DNA of 64,000 bases from a virus (taxonomy: Duplodnaviria; Caudoviricetes). Positions 9,371 through 16,786 of the stretch are shown in pieces (within the stretch, counting starts at the first letter, position 1; each line of letters starts with the position of its first letter). Location of the stretch: the IMG/VR virus record IMGVR_UViG_3300022173_000137, positions 449 to 64,448 of that record; one strand, written 5' to 3'. The notes below the pieces were generated by a model, which was given only the letters and a program-made list of their open reading frames with translations, did not search any database and was not told where the DNA came from. The translations under genes were made by a program, and so were the position numbers.

Positions 9371-9792
9371 GTGAAAAGATCAAACCCCTCAAAACGCCGA
9401 CCCTGGACCGGATGGTGGCCGTCAAGGAGCAGAGCCAGGCATGTGGCGAGTTCCTGGAATGGTTGATGACGGAGAAGAAGCTCACGCTCTGCACGAAGCA
9501 CGTCCACTGCGCTGAGTGCTACACGATGGGGCTGACCAAGGAAGAGTTTCGCACGAAGTACCGGGTGGAGCGCCAGATGACTCCCGGCCTGGCCGCGATG
9601 TTCGGCATCGCCTCGAAGAAGGAACTGTCCAAGGGCCGGTTCAACGCTCCCCAGTGCGGTGCGGGCGAAAGCTTCGTCATGGCCTCGGTGAACATTGAAG
9701 GTCTGCTCCTCCAGTTTTTCAAGATCAACCCGGACAAGGCGGAGATGGAGCAGCGCGCCATGCTCGACAATCTGCGACGCATCAATACATGA
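9367..9792 (+). CDS. Hypothetical protein
   Basis: 141 aa, ATGA overlaps, Cys/His patch. Confidence 0.65.
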   Translation: MSEKIKPLKTPTLDRMVAVKEQSQACGEFLEWLMTEKKLTLCTKHVHCAECYTMGLTKEEFRTKYRVERQMTPGLAAMFGIASKKELSKGRFNAPQCGAGESFVMASVNIEGLLLQFFKINPDKAEMEQRAMLDNLRRINT

Positions 9793-9950
9793 GCCTTGGC
9801 TACAAAAGCAAACCGGATGGCGGACAGGGCGGCAAGCGCGGCCATTCCAACATGACGCACTGGGAGCACACGGAAAAGATCAAGAGCCACTCGAAGCGGC
9901 AGCGGCGAGTGGCCTCGAAGCGCCTCATACGCGAAAGCACCAAAGAATGA
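9789..9950 (+). CDS. Small basic protein (53 aa, not in ORF track)
   Basis: MSLGYKSKPDGGQGGKRGHSNMTHWEHTEKIKSHSKRQRRVASKRLIRESTKE; ATGA overlaps on both sides. Confidence 0.6.
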   Translation: MSLGYKSKPDGGQGGKRGHSNMTHWEHTEKIKSHSKRQRRVASKRLIRESTKE

Positions 9951-10216
9951 AGATCCGCAACAGCATGTGCATCCTCACGGATGACAAGACGGAGCACGAC
10001 TTCCCTGAGCACGCCATCGAGATCCTCGGCGACCACGGCAAGGCGCTGTTCTCCGTCGTCCTGGATGATGACGGGTCGCTCCTCATCTCTGCTTCGACCT
10101 TCTGCAAGGTCAAGGGCGTCGTCCTGGAGGACAAGCTGCTGGTCGCAGGTGTGGCCTCGAACGTCATCCGCATCATCCGTCCGGTTTACACCAAGCAGCG
10201 GCGGAAGAAGAAATGA
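9947..10216 (+). CDS. Hypothetical protein
   Basis: Start placed at MKIRNSM (ATGA overlap) within track ORF 9695..10216. Confidence 0.55.
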   Translation: MKIRNSMCILTDDKTEHDFPEHAIEILGDHGKALFSVVLDDDGSLLISASTFCKVKGVVLEDKLLVAGVASNVIRIIRPVYTKQRRKKK

Positions 10217-10692
10217 TCGACACCGAGATCAGGTTCAAGAAGTCCGACCGGGATGAGCTGGACCGCTATTTCAAGTTGGTGATGGAAGTGGCGAAGAAGG
10301 CCGGTTTCTCCCGCGACAGCCTCTTCACCTCGCTGGAGCACTTCGTCCACGCCCACGGGAAGCGGTTTCACAGACGTGTCTCCCACGCATCCACTCCGAA
10401 CCGCCAGTGCTACAAAAACGCCACCTGGATGGCCATCACGAACCGCAATCTCATCTACTGCGAGGGCTACGCGCTGAACCTGATTCCAGTGCTGCACGCC
10501 TGGTGCATGGACGAGTCCGGCGCGGTCGTGGACCCCACCTGGGGCGTGGGCCGGGCTTACATGGGCGTGGCCTTCAAAACGTCCTTCGTCCAGCAGCAGA
10601 TGCAGGTCACCAAGACTTACGGCCTGCTGGAGTGGCCGGGCATGACCTACATCCTCAAGGCCAAGGAGAGCGACTGGAAGGCCGACGTATGA
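10213..10692 (+). CDS. Transglutaminase/papain-like cysteine enzyme
   Basis: QCYKNA...YCEGYA...VLHAW...VVDPTW gives a Cys-His-Asp triad arrangement. Confidence 0.7.
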   Translation: MIDTEIRFKKSDRDELDRYFKLVMEVAKKAGFSRDSLFTSLEHFVHAHGKRFHRRVSHASTPNRQCYKNATWMAITNRNLIYCEGYALNLIPVLHAWCMDESGAVVDPTWGVGRAYMGVAFKTSFVQQQMQVTKTYGLLEWPGMTYILKAKESDWKADV

Positions 10693-11003
10693 TCATCCAC
10701 TTCGTCCAGTTCGGGCACCTGGCCTGCATGTCCCTGCCGATGCCGCCCGCCAAGTGGGATGATGGTCACAAGTGGTCGTCAGACTGGGATGAGGTGACCT
10801 GCCCGAAGTGCCGCGAAGGGAAGGTGCCAATTGATACCTTCACCCTGGCCGTGGATGGGAAGTCCATCACCTGCAAACGCTGCAAGCGCACCAGCTACAG
10901 CGCCGAGGATGTGAAACGCCGGTACTGCGGGTTCTGTCACGTCCATCACGACGACCTCTGGCCACCCTGCCGGGCCTGGTGGATCACCTCGTTGCCTTCC
11001 TAA
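10689..11003 (+). CDS. Cys-rich zinc-binding protein
   Basis: Start MIIHFVQ (ATGA overlap); CPKC, CKRC and CGFC pairs. Confidence 0.6.
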   Translation: MIIHFVQFGHLACMSLPMPPAKWDDGHKWSSDWDEVTCPKCREGKVPIDTFTLAVDGKSITCKRCKRTSYSAEDVKRRYCGFCHVHHDDLWPPCRAWWITSLPS

Positions 11004-11035
11004 AGCTTCTCCAGGGCAGCACCGATAGGTAGGTT

Positions 11036-11347
11036 GTGACTGCTCGACAACTCATCGAAGACGCTGGTGGCGTCGTCCCCGCGTGCGCCTACTGTGACAA
11101 GGAGCACGGAGCCACGTATCCGCCCGGCACCAAGGTCACTCACGGCGCGTGCCGCAGGCACACCAAACAGTTGCTCATGGACCTCGACATGACAGAGGAA
11201 GAGGCAAACGCCAGGATCGCCCACATTGATGCCACGACCGGATTCAAGGTGGAAGGACGGCCTCCGATTGCAGGCCATCGCCCGTCGAGCATGGTCCACC
11301 ACGCGACTGGAGCCGTCCCCACCGACCAGGCAAAGCTCGGCTTCTAA
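11036..11347 (+). CDS. Small Zn-binding protein, candidate internal head protein
   Basis: MTARQLIEDA N-terminus; CAYC...HGAC..H; TAGGTAG-N3-GTG upstream. Confidence 0.6.
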   Translation: MTARQLIEDAGGVVPACAYCDKEHGATYPPGTKVTHGACRRHTKQLLMDLDMTEEEANARIAHIDATTGFKVEGRPPIAGHRPSSMVHHATGAVPTDQAKLGF

Positions 11348-11592
11348 GCCTTGATCGCGGCCAGGACTTTATCCCGCGCCTCAATCGTCTTGTAGTGCCA
11401 CGTCCCCGCGATGTTCAGCGGAGCGTATTTCTTCTGCGTCGGGTGCCTGGGCAGCTTGATCTCAATCACCGGCAGGGCTGTTGTCTCTCCTGATTCCGTG
11501 TCGATGACGATCTTGGCCCCCGCTCGGAGCTTCGCTCCGTGGGACTTCAGCTTCGCTTTGATCTTTTCGTAATCCGGTTTCACTTTTGGCAT
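11344..11592 (-). CDS. Small basic hypothetical protein
   Basis: 82 aa Lys-rich ORF convergent with 11036..11347. Confidence 0.55.
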   Translation of the reverse strand: MPKVKPDYEKIKAKLKSHGAKLRAGAKIVIDTESGETTALPVIEIKLPRHPTQKKYAPLNIAGTWHYKTIEARDKVLAAIKA

Positions 11593-11789
11593 AGGTCAGG
11601 TCTCTCGCGAGGAGTTCGTTGAATGTTTTCGGCGCTGGACATGCGCGCCACGACTTGCACTTCGTTCGTTTGAACGGAAAGCTGCGCAGGTTGTCGGCAC
11701 CTGCGGTCCCCAGACACTCCCACCACCAAATGTGCGGCATCTCCCAAGACTCCGTAGCCTTGTGGAGATTCGCACAGGTGTGGCAGGAA

Positions 11790-12947
11790 TTAGTTGGTGA
11801 TTTGTCCGACTGGGACATTCTGGAGGAACCCTTCAGAGGAGCCACTGAGGTCGATGCGGCCACCATCGAGAATCTGCTGCGCGTCCACGATGAGCGCGTA
11901 GTTGATGATCAGGATGGACTCCGGCTTGTCGTTCCAGAAGTCCAGCGGGTTCGGGTCGTCGTGAATCGGCTGGTCGATGGTCACACCTGCGGCGATCTCG
12001 ACCTGCTGCACGTTGACGTGGTTGATGGCCGCGCTGTAGCTCTGCACGTTCTGCTTCCCGGCCAGGCGGCTGGTGTGAACACCCTTCAGGCTGTTGGGCG
12101 CGCTCTTTTGCAGGTTGCGGAACGCGTCCGAACCTTTCGACGCACTGGCGATGGGTTCGCCCACCGAGCAACTGTAGATGGCGGCTGTCGGCCCGCCGAT
12201 ACCCTTGGACGTGCTCAGGGAGTCCATTGACACACTGCCATAGAGTTCCTCGTCGCCACCGCAGTAGTTGAACTTCGCACCACCTCCGCCGAAGCTGCGC
12301 ACGAATGACGTGGGCGGTTCGGGCCGGGCGTTCTTGGAGAGGAAGCAGGAGATGCCCAGGGCGAACACGCGGTTCTCGCCGATGATGGCGTTGGCCACGC
12401 CGCGCTCCTTCTGCTTGGTGAACACATACTGGCGGATGATGCCGTCCGCTGCGCGGAACCCGTCGATCCAGAGCGCGCCGTTTGGGGTGCCGGTCGAGCA
12501 GAGATAGTTCTGCTTCGGCCACTTGAAGTTGCACTCCGCGCAGAAGCGGTTCGGGCCAAACTCCTTTTTGTGCTTCGGACACTGCTCGACGTATTGCTCA
12601 AGCTGCGCGTCCTCGCAGGCCATGCCGGTGATGGCGTTGACGCCCTGGATGCTGATGACCATCGCGACATGCTGCGGGGTGCGGACCAGCGTGTCGTTGA
12701 AATCCAGCCAGAGGCCGGTGCCTTCATCGACGCCGACAAAGTAGCTGGCCTGGCTGCCTTTGCTGCGCAGCCAGCTCTTTGGGCACGCGGGATATTCGTC
12801 CACCAGGAAGCCGCCTCTTGGTGCGTAGGGTGGCAGCCCTGCGTTGTTGGACGTGCTGGCCGGTGGCGTGTTGACGCCACAGGACAGTGGACCTGAGCGC
12901 ATCTTGTAGGCGTTCGAGTTTCGTTGAGCGTGAAATGGAGAAGACAT
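11790..12947 (-). CDS. Uncharacterized protein with LWLDF/GVNAITG/WIDGF...RQYV motifs and a Zn-ribbon insert
   Basis: 385 aa. The motif order resembles, from memory, an uncharacterized bacterial/fungal family. CPKH...CAEC insert. Confidence 0.7.
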   Translation of the reverse strand: MSSPFHAQRNSNAYKMRSGPLSCGVNTPPASTSNNAGLPPYAPRGGFLVDEYPACPKSWLRSKGSQASYFVGVDEGTGLWLDFNDTLVRTPQHVAMVISIQGVNAITGMACEDAQLEQYVEQCPKHKKEFGPNRFCAECNFKWPKQNYLCSTGTPNGALWIDGFRAADGIIRQYVFTKQKERGVANAIIGENRVFALGISCFLSKNARPEPPTSFVRSFGGGGAKFNYCGGDEELYGSVSMDSLSTSKGIGGPTAAIYSCSVGEPIASASKGSDAFRNLQKSAPNSLKGVHTSRLAGKQNVQSYSAAINHVNVQQVEIAAGVTIDQPIHDDPNPLDFWNDKPESILIINYALIVDAQQILDGGRIDLSGSSEGFLQNVPVGQITN

Positions 12948-13001
12948 GGTGATTGAGAGTAGTTCGGCGCGGCTGGTGGTGAGCAGCCGCGCCGAGGTTG
13001 G

Positions 13002-13937
13002 TTAATACTTGCGATGACCAAACGGTGCATTCGGCTTGGCCGACGTGCGCGTGATCTTCAGGGAGGGCAGGGTGTCTGCCGTCTTGCGGGTGCGGAACTC
13101 CAGCGCCGCTTCAGGATACGCCTCCTTCAACTGCTTCATGTCGGCGGCGCGCTCCATGAGACGAATGACGGCCTCGCGGTCGCCCACGTTGATCTCGTTG
13201 CGTTCCACGATGACCCGGATGAACTGCCGTGCTTCGCGGCTGATGCTCGTCCAGTTCCGGTGGTTCTTCGTGCTGCGGCCACCACGCAGGGGCACATGCT
13301 CGTAGAGCGGGTCTTCCTCCAGCACGATGTCAGGCAGCACGCCGACCGGCACCAGAGTGACCAGTTCACCGTCCACCATGATGGCGTCTTGCGCTGGCAG
13401 CCCTTGCTCCAGGTCAGCCGCGTAACCGATGGTCTCGGTGACAGCCACCTTGCTGTCCTGGTTGAACGCGATCACAGGTTTGTCTCCAAACCGCTTCTTG
13501 AGCGCGAGGGTCACGGCGTCACTAGGCTGGTCCGGCAGATACATGGACAGCAGCACGGACAGGTTGGCGTCTTCGAGCCTCACCTTGAAGCCGAGTTCGC
13601 GCAGTTGCAGGGTGCGAGGATCAACGCCTGGGCGGTCCTCCGATTTCTTGCTGCCCTTGGCGAACTTGAAGGCCAGGCGCAGCTTGATGAGCGGCACAGT
13701 GTCGATGGTCTTTCCTTCAGTGGACGAAGGCATCGGCGGGTTGAACGCGTCGCGGAAGTCACCGAACTTGGTCACGTCGTCATCGTCCAGCATCTCCAGC
13801 CCGGTCGCAGGCTCATAGCCGAGATCGGTCAGGACTTTTAAGACGTGATCGGAGGTGGTGCCAAGTGCGTTGGCGATGTTCTGCACGCGGGATTCCCAGG
13901 AGTCGGCCTGGGCCGTTGAGGCGGTTGCTTCATTCAT
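13002..13937 (-). CDS. Uncharacterized conserved-type protein
   Basis: 311 aa, EEDPLY...LR...NW..IS.E.RQF...YP.A..F...LP.LK; co-oriented with 11790..12947. Confidence 0.7.
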   Translation of the reverse strand: MNEATASTAQADSWESRVQNIANALGTTSDHVLKVLTDLGYEPATGLEMLDDDDVTKFGDFRDAFNPPMPSSTEGKTIDTVPLIKLRLAFKFAKGSKKSEDRPGVDPRTLQLRELGFKVRLEDANLSVLLSMYLPDQPSDAVTLALKKRFGDKPVIAFNQDSKVAVTETIGYAADLEQGLPAQDAIMVDGELVTLVPVGVLPDIVLEEDPLYEHVPLRGGRSTKNHRNWTSISREARQFIRVIVERNEINVGDREAVIRLMERAADMKQLKEAYPEAALEFRTRKTADTLPSLKITRTSAKPNAPFGHRKY

Positions 13938-14034
13938 ACAGTCGGTCTTTCGTTTTCTCTCGACGATTCACGCTCGTCGGTGGCGTTGCTGGCATGACCA
14001 GCGTCAACACTAAAGAACCGGACTGAAATCGGAG

Positions 14035-14286
14035 TCAACCCTTTTTCTTCAGCGGCTCCTTTTTCACCTTCGCCCACTCCGCTCCGCAGAACGGACAGAA
14101 GGCGGCGCTGATGAACGGACCTGCTTTGGTGGTGCCATTTTTCTTCGTGTCCACCATCTCAGTGGCAACCGCAAAGCTCACCTCCAGGTCCAGCTCTGCG
14201 TCGTTCACGCCGTAGATGCGTTTCAATCGGAACGGCTTTCCAGCCTCCTTCAATTTTTCGTCGATCACCGTTAAACAATTACACAT
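14035..14286 (-). CDS. Small Zn-binding protein
   Basis: MCNC...FCPFCG. Confidence 0.6.
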   Translation of the reverse strand: MCNCLTVIDEKLKEAGKPFRLKRIYGVNDAELDLEVSFAVATEMVDTKKNGTTKAGPFISAAFCPFCGAEWAKVKKEPLKKKG

Positions 14287-14563
14287 TCATCGCCCTTCGT
14301 GCTTCGTCCCACGCCGCGTCTGTCGGCTCGGCGATGACGCCCCAGCGGTGGAACAGTTGGAGTTGAAAGTCTCTCGCGCCCCGGCACAGGTGCGTGTCCT
14401 TCTTGCCGTACTTCGCGCCCGTGCTGTGGCAGGTCTGATTGATGCCCTGGAGCGTCCGTCCAATCACGGCTTCCCGGACCTCCTCGCAGCCACCGTCTTT
14501 GAACGGGCAGGTGCCGCACTGCTTCGGCACCACGTCCATCTCGCTACAGTCGTTTAACTTCAT
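14279..14563 (-). CDS. Small Cys-rich protein (C..CPF...CH...LCRG)
   Basis: 94 aa, with a Cys pattern similar to 16114..16419. Confidence 0.6.
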   Translation of the reverse strand: MKLNDCSEMDVVPKQCGTCPFKDGGCEEVREAVIGRTLQGINQTCHSTGAKYGKKDTHLCRGARDFQLQLFHRWGVIAEPTDAAWDEARRAMNV

Positions 14564-14750
14564 CAGGGATCTGTGCTTTTAGTTTCGACCACTTGGCCTT
14601 CTCGGACGCGGCAAACAGCTCAGGCGTCATGTCCTTCTCGTGGCGGGCCACGTCGTTGGCATAATCCCAGACCCATACGATCTTGGTCCCGTCATCGCCC
14701 GTGGCCGTCATCCGTCCGTAGAGTTTGCAGAGTCGCTGTAATCCAGTCAT
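14544..14750 (-). CDS. Hypothetical protein
   Basis: 68 aa, downstream of the operator-like site at 14771. Confidence 0.55.
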   Translation of the reverse strand: MTGLQRLCKLYGRMTATGDDGTKIVWVWDYANDVARHEKDMTPELFAASEKAKWSKLKAQIPDEVKRL

Positions 14751-14770
14751 GCCATGTCCTTAATCCCTCA

Positions 14771-14811
14771 GTCAACAATATAGTTGACGGTCATCTGTCG
14801 AGTGCTACTTG
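14771..14811. promoter_or_regulatory. Operator-like GTCAAC-AATATA-GTTGAC with an overlapping TTGACG-16-TACTTG promoter
   Basis: Perfect 6-bp inverted repeat at 14771-14788; TTGACG at 14784. Confidence 0.6.
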
Positions 14812-14867
14812 TTTACTACCGCACACGTCGAGTAGCTAGAACTGAAGCCCATTCTGTTCTGTTGACC

Positions 14868-15041
14868 ATGCTACCAGCGCGCACGTCAAAAGTTGAAGGA
14901 TACCCTGTCACGGTGTCGCTCCTGCTTGTCCTCGCGGTCGCGCTGTGCATCGTCGAATGGAGAAGGAACTCAGCCATCAAGCCGCAGATGTCACCACCTG
15001 CACTGACGAACCCGCCAGTGATGATCAGGCCCGGTGTATGA
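14868..15041 (+). CDS. Small single-TM protein
   Basis: MLPARTSKVEGYPVTVSLLLVLAVALCIVEWRRN...; start chosen within track ORF 14784..15041. Confidence 0.4.
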   Translation: MLPARTSKVEGYPVTVSLLLVLAVALCIVEWRRNSAIKPQMSPPALTNPPVMIRPGV

Positions 15042-15078
15042 ACAATACAGTTGACACCCATATTTCGGCGTGTAAAGT
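15038..15078 (+). promoter_or_regulatory. Operator-like ATGAAC-AATACA-GTTGAC plus TTGACA-16-TAAAGT promoter
   Basis: Read directly, upstream of 15140. Confidence 0.55.
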
Positions 15079-15112
15079 AAAGTGCGTATAAAGTAAAGCG
15101 CGTAAAGTAACG
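15068..15112 (+). repeat. Three imperfect direct repeats GCGT-N0-2-TAAAGTAA
   Basis: TAAAGTAA starts at 15073, 15089 and 15103 in an AT-rich leader. Confidence 0.6.
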
Positions 15113-15139
15113 CACATAAACCCAAGTAAAAACCATCCC

Positions 15140-16117
15140 ATGAAGACAGCATTAAATGTAACATTCGGACTAATCATCGGACTCACCGCGTCGTGGCTCA
15201 TCGCCCGCGAAAACGGCATCAACTGGACTACAGCATTCATCTGCCTTGGCGGTGCCATCGCCATGTTTGTTCTGTGGGCCATCATCCGCTCATCGAAAGG
15301 CCGGAAGGCTGCAAGCAAGGTCATCGGGTGCGTGCTGGTCTCCAGCACGGCAGTGACGCCTGTGCTTCTCATTGCTGACGAGGGCGACACCTACGCGGGC
15401 TATACCGGCTCGTCGTGCTACTGCCTCGAACCTGGCGGTGGCGACGACCTCACTGCGGCGAGCGCGGGCGCACCCGAACCGGAAGTGCAGAACGCCGTGA
15501 TCCTGCACTTCGTCGTCGATGTCCCCAACGGCCCCATTCCGCTGGCCAACGACGCCACGCCGCGCATCGTGTCCGTGAGGCGCGCTGACCCCAGCAAGCT
15601 GGTAAGCTGGGCGGAGATTGCCTCGACCTTCGCTGGAGAAGGAATCGACCTCAACGCACAGAACACCACGCAATACGCGAAGAATGGACGGCGAGCAGAC
15701 CCATCCGAAGTGCCGTTCATTCTCAATCAGAGCATGACCGAGAAGTTCGTCTATCAACCGGATAAGGAACAATACAAGGTGATCGTCGAAACCACGTCCG
15801 AACTTGCCGGTGAGTTCACGGCTTGGAGCGCGGTCTCTCGCTTCTCCATCCCTGCAAACACGATGATTCAGTATCAGGATACGCCGGACGGCATCTCAGC
15901 GTTCTACCGTGTTCGCCTCGACACTCAACCGGCTGGCGAAGTGCAAGCCTCAGCAGGTGCCCTCGCCATTGGCTGTGGGCTTGGGCTGCTGGCTGGCGCT
16001 GCGTACGTCTGCGTGATGACCGTCCGAGCCTGTGCCAAAAACAAGAAGAAGTTCGAGGACATGAAGACGAACTCGGCTCCTTCACAGATTCAGTTCAACC
16101 TGGCCCCGGCCCATTGA
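15140..16117 (+). CDS. Membrane-anchored exported protein
   Basis: Three N-terminal hydrophobic segments, a soluble domain containing AFYRV, and a C-terminal TM. Codon use is more AT-rich than its neighbours. Confidence 0.7.
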   Translation: MKTALNVTFGLIIGLTASWLIARENGINWTTAFICLGGAIAMFVLWAIIRSSKGRKAASKVIGCVLVSSTAVTPVLLIADEGDTYAGYTGSSCYCLEPGGGDDLTAASAGAPEPEVQNAVILHFVVDVPNGPIPLANDATPRIVSVRRADPSKLVSWAEIASTFAGEGIDLNAQNTTQYAKNGRRADPSEVPFILNQSMTEKFVYQPDKEQYKVIVETTSELAGEFTAWSAVSRFSIPANTMIQYQDTPDGISAFYRVRLDTQPAGEVQASAGALAIGCGLGLLAGAAYVCVMTVRACAKNKKKFEDMKTNSAPSQIQFNLAPAH

Positions 16118-16419
16118 GCTTCCCTAAACAACACACCAAGCCATGCTCCGACTGCCCCTGGCGTCGAAAGGCAGTTCGGGGCTGGCTTGGACGTATGTCC
16201 AAAGAGGAGTGGATTGCAGCGACGCACGCTGAGTCAGTCATCGAGTGCCACACCAAGGACGGTCACCAGTGCGCTGGCGCTGCCACCTACCGGGCCAACG
16301 TCTCAAAGACCCCTCGCTACCCGGAGATCCTCATCCTGCCGAAAGACAAGACGGCAGTGTTCGCGATGCCGCAGGAGTTCCTCGACTACCACGAGGACTC
16401 AGCCACCACGGTGCCGTAG
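16114..16419 (+). CDS. Small Cys-rich protein (PC..CPWR...CH...CAG)
   Basis: TTG start overlapping the previous TGA, within track ORF 15823..16419. Confidence 0.55.
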   Translation: MSFPKQHTKPCSDCPWRRKAVRGWLGRMSKEEWIAATHAESVIECHTKDGHQCAGAATYRANVSKTPRYPEILILPKDKTAVFAMPQEFLDYHEDSATTVP

Positions 16420-16707
16420 CCCATCAGATTCGGAGTCCCAGGGCGGCAGCTCTCCTCTTCGCAGCTCCTTCCAGTAGTCATTCGTCTTGCGCCCCTCTGG
16501 CACGTTGTCCATGCGCTGCTGGAGGCTAAGGTCGAACTCCTCCGCTGCATCCATCACGTCCTGGAGCGTCCCCACGAACCCGTCATCCTCCAGCAGCGTG
16601 CAGAAGATCGTGTTGCCACGGCGCTCGACCACGTTCAGGAAATTGCACTTGGCCAGGCACCCTTCGAGCTGCTTCTGGGTGCCAGTAATCAGGAGGCGAT
16701 GAATCAT
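16399..16707 (-). CDS. Hypothetical protein
   Basis: 102 aa; minus-strand TTGACG-16-TACGGT-N6-ATG promoter upstream. Confidence 0.55.
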   Translation of the reverse strand: MIHRLLITGTQKQLEGCLAKCNFLNVVERRGNTIFCTLLEDDGFVGTLQDVMDAAEEFDLSLQQRMDNVPEGRKTNDYWKELRRGELPPWDSESDGLRHRGG

Positions 16708-16713
16708 TGCAGG

Positions 16714-16784
16714 ACCGTAAACAGTTCGCTAAGGTCGTCAACACTAATGTTGACAAAGCGACGGTCGTCAACTATATTGTTTAA
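16714..16784. promoter_or_regulatory. Divergent sigma70-like promoters with two operator-like 18-mers
   Basis: GTCAAC-ACTAAT-GTTGAC (16737-16754) and GTCAAC-TATATT-GTTTAA (16767-16784). Plus strand TTGACA-17-TATATT; minus strand TTGACG-16-TACGGT. Confidence 0.7.
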
Positions 16785-16786
16785 CG

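Noticed and set aside
11462-11866. Cys/Trp-rich minus-strand ORF (134 aa)
   Set aside because: It overlaps both 11344..11592 and 11790..12947 and has no start signal. A shorter real gene is possible but cannot be delimited.
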